Assembly: GCA_049790415.1 (NCBI GenBank)
Contig: JBAQYY010000102.1
Span: 1,069 to 65,068 of the forward strand
Source: Candidatus Dormiibacterota bacterium
GTDB taxonomy: Bacteria > Chloroflexota > Dormibacteria > Aeolococcales > Bog-877
Length of the DNA stretch: 64,000 nucleotides
Reading direction: 5' to 3'
The notes beneath the pieces are model-generated. The model made no database searches. It was given only the letters and a program-made list of their open reading frames with translations, and was not told the DNA's origin. The first letter of the stretch is position 1; each line of letters begins with the position of its first letter. Below are positions 18,810 through 26,788 of this stretch, one piece after another. The position numbers were made by a program, and so were the translations under genes.

Positions 18810-21428
18810 ATGGGCGCCGCGACGCCCGAGGCACCGGGGACGGCGGAGACGCCTGACACCCCCGCGGTGCGCCAGTACTGGGCCGCGAAACGCAGCCACC
18901 CCGACTGCCTGGTGCTCTTTCGGATGGGTGACTTCTTTGAAATCTTCGGTGACGATGCCGAGCGCGCGGCGCCCATCCTCGGGGTGGCCCTAACCGCTCG
19001 TCCCTTCGGCAAAGCGGGGCGGATCGCCATGTGCGGGGTTCCCCACCACAGCCTCGAGCCCTACGCCCGCAAGCTGCTTGACGCTGGCATAAAGCTAGCT
19101 GTTTGCGACCAGGTAGAGACGCCGCGGCCGGGCAAGCTGGTAGCCCGGCGGGTGGTGCGGGTCCTTACAGCAGGGACTCTGCTTGAGGATGGGTTCCTGG
19201 CCCCGGGGGCGTCGGCGCGTTGCGTCGCGGTCTGTGGGGATGGTCGGCGCGTCGGTCTCGCTGCCCTGGACGTTAGTACCGGAAGCTGCCAATTGGGAGT
19301 CGTCGGGGCAGCCCTGGATTCGGTCCAAGTCGGCTACCAGTTGGCCGCCCTGGAGGTGGCCGAGGTCCTCCTGCCCGAGGGCTCAGCCTTACCTGCCGGG
19401 ATTCCGGCCGGGACAGCGATATCCCGCCGCCCTCGGTCCGGGTTTGACTCTGAGCGGGGCGCGACCTTGCTTCGGGCGACGGGTGCTGAGCAACCCGCGG
19501 GCGGATGGGAGAGCGAAGCTATCGGGCTGGCCCAAGCGGCCTTGGGAGCGCTGATCGACTACTGCGTCGAGGGCGAGCTTGCCCTCGATGCAACCTTTCT
19601 GAGGGTCAGCTGGCGAGTCGCGGGGGCGACGATGAACCTCGACGCTTCCACTCGAAGAAATCTCGAGCTGATCGAGACCCCGGGTGGGGGTACCTCGCTG
19701 TTCCGGCTGATCGACCGCACTCTGACCCCGATCGGAGCCCGCCGTCTGCGGGGATGGCTCCAGGAGCCGCTCAGCCAGCTAGCCGAGATCCATGAGCGCC
19801 AAGCGTGCGTCTCCGAGTTGGCCCGGGCAGGTTCCCGACGCGCCAAGGTCCGTTCCGCCCTGGGTCTCTGCCGAGACCTGGAGCGGCTGCTCGGAAGGTG
19901 CGTTCACGGGGCCGCCGGTCCCCGCGACTTGGGCAACCTAATGACCACCCTGGAGCGGCTGCCGGACCTGGGGAGCTGCCTCGGTGGAGTGGAGTCCGGG
20001 CGGCTGGCGGAACTGGCGACCGACCTCGAGGCGGCTCCGCTCGAGCTGAGCGGGCTACTCCGGCGAGCTCTAGGAGCCGATCTGCCCGCCCAGGCCAGAG
20101 ATGGCGGCTTCCTACGGGCGGGATTCGACCGGGAACTGGACGAGATACGGGAGGCGAGCTCAGGGGCGAGGGAATACCTTTCCCGACTTGAGCAGGCGGA
20201 GCGGCAGCGCACCGGGATCAAGGGACTGCGCGTCGGCTATAACCGGGTCTTCGGCTACTACATCGAGGTGCGCAACGCCGCCCGCGACGAGATACCGCCT
20301 GAGTACGTGCGCCGCCAGACGTTGGTAGGCGCTGAGAGATACGTCACTCCGGAGCTGCGCGAACACGAGAACGTCGTCCTTAGCGCCCGCGATAGAGGAG
20401 TTCTCCGGGAGCTAGCCTGCCTCGAGTCGTTGCTCGCTGCGATCGCGGCTGAAGCGGCTCGGATCGGGCGGGCTGCGTCGGCCCTGGGGGAGCTGGACGC
20501 CCTGCAGGCCTTGGCCGAGAGCGGAGTGGAATTGGGTTGGGTGATGCCGGAGATCGATACCGGCTTGTCCCTGGACCTGGTGGGTGGACGCCATCCCCTG
20601 GTAGAGGCCAGTCTGGGTGGGGGGCGCTTTGTCCCCAATGACGTGAGCATGGACGGCGAGAGCGAACGGGTCTGGCTGCTGACCGGTCCCAATATGGCGG
20701 GCAAATCGACCTTCCTGCGCCAGGTGGCCCTCATCTGCTTACTCGGCCAGGTGGGCTCGATGGTTCCCTGCGGCAGAGCTCGGTGGGGGCTGATCGACCG
20801 GATCTTCACCAGGGTCGGTGCCCAGGACGACATCGCCGCCGGGCGGAGCACCTTCATGGTCGAGATGGAGGAGATGGCCCTGATCCTGAGTCAGTCGTCT
20901 GCGCGCAGCCTACTCATCCTGGATGAGCTGGGGAGAGGCACCAGCACATATGACGGGATGAGCATCGCTCAGGCCATCTTGGAATACCTGCACGACCACT
21001 CCGGCATGGCTCGACGAGTTCTCTTCGCCACCCACTATCACGAGCTGACTGCGCTCGAGCGTTCGCTGGCAGCGCTGCGGAACTACCGAGTGGAGGTCGT
21101 CGAGGGAAGCGTCGGCGCCGAGCCTCGGATCACCTTTCTGCACCAGATCGTGGCCGGCGGGGCGGACCGCTCCTACGGGATCAACGTCGCTCAACTCGCT
21201 GGTCTGCCCCAGGGTGTCCTCGACCGTGCTGCCGAGGTGCTGGCGAGGCGCGAGTCCGAACGGCCGCTGGGAGGGGGAGGGGGCCAGGAGCAGCAGCTGG
21301 CTCTGCCGTTGACTCCGACGCACCCGGTGATGCTGGAGTTGGAAGGCTTGCGGGTGGACGGCATGACTCCGCTGGAGGCCCTGCAAAAGATCGCCGAGTG
21401 GCAACGCCAGGCCGGGGAAGACACCTGA
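18810..21428 (+). CDS. mutS: DNA mismatch repair protein MutS
   Basis: TPAVRQYWAAKRSHPDCLVLFRMGDFFEIFGDDA (mismatch-binding domain) ... LLTGPNMAGKSTFLRQVALI (Walker A) ... DELGRGTSTYDGMSIAQA. ATG 18810 is 6 nt after the miaB stop. TTG 18783 is an alternative. Confidence 0.9.
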   Translation: MGAATPEAPGTAETPDTPAVRQYWAAKRSHPDCLVLFRMGDFFEIFGDDAERAAPILGVALTARPFGKAGRIAMCGVPHHSLEPYARKLLDAGIKLAVCDQVETPRPGKLVARRVVRVLTAGTLLEDGFLAPGASARCVAVCGDGRRVGLAALDVSTGSCQLGVVGAALDSVQVGYQLAALEVAEVLLPEGSALPAGIPAGTAISRRPRSGFDSERGATLLRATGAEQPAGGWESEAIGLAQAALGALIDYCVEGELALDATFLRVSWRVAGATMNLDASTRRNLELIETPGGGTSLFRLIDRTLTPIGARRLRGWLQEPLSQLAEIHERQACVSELARAGSRRAKVRSALGLCRDLERLLGRCVHGAAGPRDLGNLMTTLERLPDLGSCLGGVESGRLAELATDLEAAPLELSGLLRRALGADLPAQARDGGFLRAGFDRELDEIREASSGAREYLSRLEQAERQRTGIKGLRVGYNRVFGYYIEVRNAARDEIPPEYVRRQTLVGAERYVTPELREHENVVLSARDRGVLRELACLESLLAAIAAEAARIGRAASALGELDALQALAESGVELGWVMPEIDTGLSLDLVGGRHPLVEASLGGGRFVPNDVSMDGESERVWLLTGPNMAGKSTFLRQVALICLLGQVGSMVPCGRARWGLIDRIFTRVGAQDDIAAGRSTFMVEMEEMALILSQSSARSLLILDELGRGTSTYDGMSIAQAILEYLHDHSGMARRVLFATHYHELTALERSLAALRNYRVEVVEGSVGAEPRITFLHQIVAGGADRSYGINVAQLAGLPQGVLDRAAEVLARRESERPLGGGGGQEQQLALPLTPTHPVMLELEGLRVDGMTPLEALQKIAEWQRQAGEDT

Positions 21429-23218
21429 ATCGGGACGGTGGGCTTGCCCTGGGTCAGGAGCCATCTGATTCCGGTCGGCAGCGCATCCAGCGGCTTCCCC
21501 CGGCGGTGGCCAACGAGATCGCCGCCGGCGAGGTCATCGAGAGGCCCGCGTCGGTGGTCAAGGAACTGGTCGAGAACAGCCTCGACGCCGGAGCCACCAG
21601 GATCACGGTGGAGATCCAAGGAGGTGGGAGCCGGCTGATCCGGGTGGCTGACAACGGCAGGGGTATGCCGGCCGATGAGCTGGCCCTGGCCTTTCAACGG
21701 CACGCCACCAGCAAGCTGCGGCAGGTTGACGACCTCTCGAGGATCTCGACCCTGGGCTTCCGCGGTGAGGCCCTGGCCAGCATCGCCGCGGTGGCGCGGG
21801 TCACCGCCTTGTCGAGAGAGGCCACATCTTCGGCTGGCGCGTCGCTGGCGGCCGAAGATGGGGAGGAGGGCGGCGTGGTCCTGGTGGCGGCCGCCCCGGG
21901 AACCACAGTAGAGGTTCATGACCTCTTCCAGAAGACGCCGGCTCGTCGGGCCTTTCTACGGAGCGAACGCAGCGAGGCGGCCGCCTGCCTGCGGGTCGTG
22001 TCGGAGGCGGCCCTGGGTCGCCCGGACGTGCGCTTTGAGGCCTACTTGGGCTCCAGGAAGGCTCTCCTCAGCCCGGGCAGCGGGGACATTGCCGACGCCG
22101 CCCGAGCGGTGCTGGGCCGAGCTGTCGCCGAGCAGTTGCTCCCGGTTGCCTGGTCGGCGGAGAACACTGAGGTCAGCGGAGTGCTGGGAGCGCCGGGTGT
22201 GGCCCAAGCCACCCGCAACTCTCTGGTCCTGATGGTTAACGGGCGTCGAGTCCATCAAAGGGCACTGATGGCTGCCGTGGAGGGGGCCTTCCGGGGCATG
22301 ATCGAGGTAGGCCGCCATCCCCTGGCTGTGATCGATGTGCGGTGTGCTCTTTCCGAGGTCGACGTCAACGTGCACCCGACCAAGCGTGAGGTGCGATTCC
22401 GTGACGAGGGCCGCTTCTTTGAAGCGGTGCAGCGCGCCTGCTGGGGCGCTCTGCGCAATGCCAAACCAGCCGGCATGGAACTAGCCACGGCGGAGGCGGG
22501 GGGGTTAGAGGTCAGGGTGGGTCTCCAGCGACCCGAAGCGGCGGGCACAGATGCCTTGACCACAGCTGCTCAGATCGGCCTTCTCAGTGAGCAGCTAGGC
22601 CCCAGCGATGACGGGATAGGCCTCGCGGAGGCAGTCCATTGGCGCTACCTCGGGCAGGCTCACAATCGCTATCTGGTAGTCGAGACCGAGCGTGGCATCG
22701 CACTCTTGGACCAGCACGCTGCCCACGAGAAGGTGCTTTACGCGCGCATCCTCGAGTCTTTGGCCGACGGTCCTGACGCCCGGCCGGCCCCGAGCCAGGG
22801 CCTGCTCACGCCGATGCTTCTGGAGGTGGGTCCTCTCATGGTTGCCAGGTTGGTCGATTCCGGGGAGGTTCTTCGCCGGACGGGCTTGGATCTGGAGGCG
22901 TTTGGTGAAGCGACGATCCGCTGTGGGGCTGTCCCCATGGGGACGCGGCTGTCAGAGCTGCCCGTCTTGCTCAGTGAGGTCTTGGAGAGCGGGGGAGGAA
23001 ACCAGGAGAGCTCAGCCACCCGGACACACCGGGTAGCCGCTTCAGTTGCCTGCCACAGTGCCATTCGCTTTGGCGATCGAGTAAGTTCTGGTGAGGTGGC
23101 CAAGTTGCTTGCTGAGCTGGCGAGCACTCCTGGAGGGATTACCTGCCCCCACGGCCGACCCTCAGTTCTACTGCTCTCAGAACGGGATCTTCTGGTCGCC
23201 TTTCGGAGGCGCGCTTGA
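21398..23218 (+). CDS. mutL: DNA mismatch repair protein MutL
   Basis: RIQRLPPAVANEIAAGEVIERPASVVKELVENSLDAGATRITVEIQGGGSRLIRVADNGRGM aligns with the E. coli MutL N-terminus [22 protein letters not shown]. The only in-frame start upstream of this conserved N-terminus is ATG 21398, which overlaps mutS by 31 nt. Confidence 0.9.
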   Translation: MATPGRGRHLNRDGGLALGQEPSDSGRQRIQRLPPAVANEIAAGEVIERPASVVKELVENSLDAGATRITVEIQGGGSRLIRVADNGRGMPADELALAFQRHATSKLRQVDDLSRISTLGFRGEALASIAAVARVTALSREATSSAGASLAAEDGEEGGVVLVAAAPGTTVEVHDLFQKTPARRAFLRSERSEAAACLRVVSEAALGRPDVRFEAYLGSRKALLSPGSGDIADAARAVLGRAVAEQLLPVAWSAENTEVSGVLGAPGVAQATRNSLVLMVNGRRVHQRALMAAVEGAFRGMIEVGRHPLAVIDVRCALSEVDVNVHPTKREVRFRDEGRFFEAVQRACWGALRNAKPAGMELATAEAGGLEVRVGLQRPEAAGTDALTTAAQIGLLSEQLGPSDDGIGLAEAVHWRYLGQAHNRYLVVETERGIALLDQHAAHEKVLYARILESLADGPDARPAPSQGLLTPMLLEVGPLMVARLVDSGEVLRRTGLDLEAFGEATIRCGAVPMGTRLSELPVLLSEVLESGGGNQESSATRTHRVAASVACHSAIRFGDRVSSGEVAKLLAELASTPGGITCPHGRPSVLLLSERDLLVAFRRRA

Positions 23219-24159
23219 GGCTGCCGACCGGCCGGTTCGGGGGCGGGCCGGAGGTCCGGGTGGTGGCCATCATGGGCCCCACCGCTTCGGGCAAGACCTG
23301 GTCGGCCGTGGCACTTGCGCGCGCCCTCGACGGGGAATTGGTGAATGCCGATTCACGGCAGGCGATCGGGGAACTTTCGGTTGGTGTCTGTAAGCCGACC
23401 CCTGAAGAACTCCAGGAGGTCTCTTGCCACGGTTTGGACTGGAGTCACCTTGACCGCCAGTTCACGGTCGCCGAATACGTGCCGATGGCCCGAGCCGCGG
23501 TGCAGACGATCGCGGACCGGGGTCACGTCGCGGTGGTGGTGGGCGGTACCGGTCTTTATCTGCGCTCGCTGCTCCAGGGGTTTGACTTCGGTGGGTTAGC
23601 CCCTGATCCAACTGGGGCCGTGGCGGCCATGCCATTAACGTCATCGAGCGATTTGTCCGCGGACCCACTAGCGGAGCTCCGGGATCTGGATCCGCAGCGG
23701 GCCGACACCGTGGATGCTAAAAATCCTAGGCGGGTATCCCGGGCGCTGGAACTTGCCCGGCGCGGAGCTCGACCGGGCCGACGGAGCCCGGCTTGGCAGT
23801 CCCAGAAGCTCGCCTTGCGCGTCAGCCCGGGCCGCCTCCGAGCCCGCATCGAGGCCCGCTCGGACCGCCTGGTGGGGGAGGCGCTGGTGTTAGAGGTGGA
23901 GAGTCTGCGGCGCCAAGGCTTCTCCGACCCAGTCCTGGCTCGTTGCGCAATCGGGTACGCTGAAGTCCTCGACTGGTTGGCCGGCCGCTGCCAACGGGAT
24001 GAGGCAGTTGGGCGCCTGGTCCGCAGGACTTGGCGCTACGCCAGGGCCCAGATGACCTGGCTCCGCAGCGAGCCCGATCTGGTGTGGGTCGATGCCGATG
24101 CCAGCCCGGAGCAGGTGCTGAGTCAGTGCCTCGCGGCGGTCGGCGGAAGGGCGACTTAG
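23215..24159 (+). CDS. miaA: tRNA dimethylallyltransferase MiaA
   Basis: VVAIMGPTASGKTWSAVALARALDGELVNADSRQ...VVGGTGLYLRSLLQG are the P-loop and signature motifs of MiaA. TTG 23215 overlaps the mutL stop (TTGA). A later GTG near 23257 is an alternative. Confidence 0.85.
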   Translation: MRLPTGRFGGGPEVRVVAIMGPTASGKTWSAVALARALDGELVNADSRQAIGELSVGVCKPTPEELQEVSCHGLDWSHLDRQFTVAEYVPMARAAVQTIADRGHVAVVVGGTGLYLRSLLQGFDFGGLAPDPTGAVAAMPLTSSSDLSADPLAELRDLDPQRADTVDAKNPRRVSRALELARRGARPGRRSPAWQSQKLALRVSPGRLRARIEARSDRLVGEALVLEVESLRRQGFSDPVLARCAIGYAEVLDWLAGRCQRDEAVGRLVRRTWRYARAQMTWLRSEPDLVWVDADASPEQVLSQCLAAVGGRAT

Positions 24160-24167
24160 AGGTGTCC

Positions 24168-25466
24168 ATGAGCGTTTTCGACGAGTCGATGCAGCGCGAG
24201 GGTGAGCGCGCCTTCCTGCTCGGCTGGGCTCCCTCGGAGCGCAATCTGGCCCATGTCGAGCTGGAGATGGATGAGCTAAGTGACCTGGCCCGTACGGCCG
24301 GCGCCTCAGTCGTGGGCTCGGATATTCAGAAGCGCCCCAAAGTCGACGCCTCGCTCTTCTTCGGTCGGGGCAAGGTCGCTGAGGTGCGCGCTTTGCGGGA
24401 AACACTTGACTTCGGAATGGTCATCACCAACGACGACCTTTCGCCGCGCCAGCAGCGCAACCTGGAAGCTGAACTGGACCTCCCGGTGGTTGACCGAACT
24501 GGGCTGATTCTGGACATCTTTGCGCAGCACGCGCGCTCCCGTGAGGGCCGGATACAGGTTGAGGTGGCCCAGCTGCAGCACCTCCTGCCCCGGCTCACGG
24601 GAACCAGTGGCCTATCCCGATTGGGGGGAGGAATCGGGACCAGAGGCCCGGGAGAGCAGAAGTTGGAAACAGATCGGCGGCGCATCCGAAACCGGCTCCG
24701 CCTCCTCCACAAGGATCTCAACGAACTTCATGAAGAGCGGGCCCTGCACCGCGACGCGCGTCGGCGGCGTCCCTTTCGCACGGCGGCGTTGGTGGGCTAT
24801 ACCAACGCCGGCAAGTCGACCCTGCTCAACGCCATGACCGCGGGCGGCGCGGTCGCGGAAAACCAGCTCTTCGCTACCCTCGACCCGACCACCCGGGCGG
24901 TGCGTCTGCCCTTCGGCCAGCCCTGCCTCCTAGTGGACACGGTCGGTTTCATTCAGAAGCTGCCGCACGAGCTGGTTGCCGCCTTCCACGCCACCTTGGA
25001 GGAGGTCGGTGAAGCCGATCTGCTGGTGCACGTGCTCGATGCGAGTCGAACCGGAGCGGAGACTCGTCTGGAGACGGTACATGCGACCCTGCGCGAGCTC
25101 GAACTCGATGGCCGTTCCCTAATTCTGGCAATCAACAAGGTGGACCGTTGTTCGCCCGAGAGCCGGCGCCGCCTAGTGAGCTACCATCCGGAGCGCTACC
25201 TTGCTGTGGTTTTGGTAAGCGGGTCCACGGGCGAGGGTTTGGAAGAGCTCCGGATTGCCATCGCGGACGCGCTCTCCCGCGACATGCTGGCGGTCGAGGC
25301 GACCATCCCATATGACAATTGGAAGGCGCTCTCCAACTGGCGCCGCTATGGAGTGGTGGAGGGAGAGGATTTCGCAAGTGACGGGGTCCACGTCCGGGGA
25401 CGTTTGCCCGAGTCGCTCGCCGGCGGGATCATCGCTAGCGCGGAGGCCGACGGCCCCTCAGAGTAG
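24168..25466 (+). CDS. hflX: GTPase HflX
   Basis: N-terminal HflX domain (GKVAEVRALRETLDFGMVITNDDLSPRQQRNLE), then the G-domain: ALVGYTNAGKSTLLNAMT, LDPTTR, DTVGF, INKVD. ATG 24168 is preceded by GAGGTG and lies 9 nt after miaA. There is no hfq between miaA and hflX. Confidence 0.9.
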   Translation: MSVFDESMQREGERAFLLGWAPSERNLAHVELEMDELSDLARTAGASVVGSDIQKRPKVDASLFFGRGKVAEVRALRETLDFGMVITNDDLSPRQQRNLEAELDLPVVDRTGLILDIFAQHARSREGRIQVEVAQLQHLLPRLTGTSGLSRLGGGIGTRGPGEQKLETDRRRIRNRLRLLHKDLNELHEERALHRDARRRRPFRTAALVGYTNAGKSTLLNAMTAGGAVAENQLFATLDPTTRAVRLPFGQPCLLVDTVGFIQKLPHELVAAFHATLEEVGEADLLVHVLDASRTGAETRLETVHATLRELELDGRSLILAINKVDRCSPESRRRLVSYHPERYLAVVLVSGSTGEGLEELRIAIADALSRDMLAVEATIPYDNWKALSNWRRYGVVEGEDFASDGVHVRGRLPESLAGGIIASAEADGPSE

Positions 25467-25474
25467 AGCGGCTG

Positions 25475-26113
25475 TTACTGGCGAAGAACCCTGATCACCG
25501 CCACCACCTTGCCCTCCACATGGGCGTCATCAACAATGATGGGTGCGAAGGCCTCATTCGAGGGCTGCAAGCGAAGATGCCCCGCCTCCCGGAAGAGGCG
25601 TTTGACGGTGACTTCGCTCTCTCCGGTCTCTGGGTCCTCCAAGCGCACCACGGTGACGGTCCCATTGGTAACATCGGAGGTGGGCTTGACGACCACCAGA
25701 TCGCCGTCGAAAATCCCATCTCCTTGCATACTTTCGCCGCGCACACGGAGTAGGAACGAGTCGTCACCGCCGGCAATCTCTGGACCGATGGCTAGGTGTT
25801 CTTCGACATTTTGCTCGGCGAGAAGAGGAGCGCCGGCAGCTACCTGACCGACGAGAGGCAGCCAGTAGGCGCCCGCTCCGTGCGTGGACGGGGCGGAGAA
25901 ATCGGTGAGGAGTACGGTCCGGGACTTGGTCGGGTCGCGACGGATCATCCCCTTGCGCTCGAGAACGTTCAAGTGGTTTTGTACGGTTGAGCTGGAACTC
26001 AGCCCCACTGCCCGCCCGATCTCTCGTACCGAGGGGGGGTAGCCACCGTCGAGGCTTCGCGATCGCAGGTACTCGACGATTTCCTGTTGCCGAGGATGGA
26101 GGCCTTCGGACAT
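25475..26113 (-). CDS. lexA: LexA repressor (SOS regulator, S24 peptidase)
   Basis: N-terminal winged HTH (QQEIVEYLRSRSLDGGYPPSVREIGRAVGLSSSSTVQNHLNVLERKGMI), Ala-Gly cleavage site (QVAAGAP), and catalytic Ser/Lys context (GESMQGDGIFDGDLVVVK ... VKRL). Confidence 0.9.
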   Translation of the reverse strand: MSEGLHPRQQEIVEYLRSRSLDGGYPPSVREIGRAVGLSSSSTVQNHLNVLERKGMIRRDPTKSRTVLLTDFSAPSTHGAGAYWLPLVGQVAAGAPLLAEQNVEEHLAIGPEIAGGDDSFLLRVRGESMQGDGIFDGDLVVVKPTSDVTNGTVTVVRLEDPETGESEVTVKRLFREAGHLRLQPSNEAFAPIIVDDAHVEGKVVAVIRVLRQ

Positions 26114-26205
26114 CTTTCAGAGCTCCCTTGCGAAGCGATAGTGGCCTGGTGGTTGCGGCCCAGAACAAATGATCGCCCGATGGTAGCATCACCGGTGCTC
26201 TAGCG

Positions 26206-26219
26206 CAAACGGCTGTTCG
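26206..26219. promoter_or_regulatory. Degenerate LexA-box candidate CAAACGGCTGTTCG upstream of lexA (autoregulation?). A second half-site-like AGAACAAATGATCG lies at 26162-26175
   Basis: One mismatch from CGAAC-N4-GTTCG. Located ~95 nt upstream of the lexA ATG at 26113 on the minus strand. Confidence 0.3.
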
Positions 26220-26373
26220 GCCCGTTTGGCCCCGAGCCCCAGAACCGGGGCTGGTTTGAGCTGTCCTGGGCGCCCGACCCCGTAGCCTTTTTCAGTCAGA
26301 TGCTTTCAACCGCGCCGGTCAAGGTGCCCTACCTTCGGGAGACCGAGCCGACCCACTGATAGCCATCTCGGGC

Positions 26374-26418
26374 TTGACACAGCGAACAGTTGTTCCCTAA
26401 AGTACGAACCGATGTTCG
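26374..26418 (+). promoter_or_regulatory. SOS-regulated promoter of the LysM gene: -35 TTGACA (26374-26379), LexA box 1 CGAACAGTTGTTCC (26383-26396) in the spacer, -10 TAAAGT (26398-26403), and a perfect LexA box 2 CGAACCGATGTTCG (26405-26418) covering the ATG
   Basis: Two GAAC-N4-GTTC palindromes bracket a sigma70-like -35/-10 pair with an 18-nt spacer. This sits in the lexA-divergent intergenic region, the classic position of yneA/chiZ-type SOS cell-division inhibitor genes. Confidence 0.65.
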
Positions 26419-26741
26419 ATTCTAGCCAGGTTCCCGCCGCACGCCGCCACGAGCGCCGACGCATGACCTCCCGAGGGCGAACAGGCCCGTGGGGCTTTCT
26501 TCTGAAGGTGGCCGTCCTGACCGTACTGCTGGCGGCGCTCATGACCCAGGTCGTTCTGGGCACGGCCGGCTCGCGAGGACCCTCGGTGGTTGTGCGACCT
26601 GGGCAAACGCTGTGGGGGATAGCCGCCCAGCATTACCCAAACTCTGACCCCCGCACAGCCATCGCTGCGATCGAGTCGACAAACCACCTGGAAGGGGCGG
26701 CTATCACCGCGGGTGAGCGGCTCCTACTCCCTCCAATTTGA
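26412..26741 (+). CDS. LysM-domain single-pass membrane protein, candidate SOS-induced cell-division inhibitor (YneA/ChiZ-like)
   Basis: Arg-rich N-terminus, a TM helix (FLLKVAVLTVLLAALMTQVVLG) and a C-terminal LysM (VVVRPGQTLWGIAAQHY...GERLLLP). Divergent from lexA, with two LexA boxes at its promoter. ATG 26412 lies ~8 nt after the -10, so the mRNA may be leaderless. ATG 26463 is an alternative. Confidence 0.65.
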   Translation: MFDSSQVPAARRHERRRMTSRGRTGPWGFLLKVAVLTVLLAALMTQVVLGTAGSRGPSVVVRPGQTLWGIAAQHYPNSDPRTAIAAIESTNHLEGAAITAGERLLLPPI

Positions 26742-26788
26742 GCGCAGGCCGAACCGCGCAGGTCGCCGCGACCCGATAGTCTGCTCCG

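Noticed and set aside
26114-26205. A second strong LexA box directly at the lexA promoter
   Set aside because: Only degenerate matches are present (AGAACAAATGATCG; CAAACGGCTGTTCG). They are reported as a low-confidence regulatory feature and not asserted as functional.
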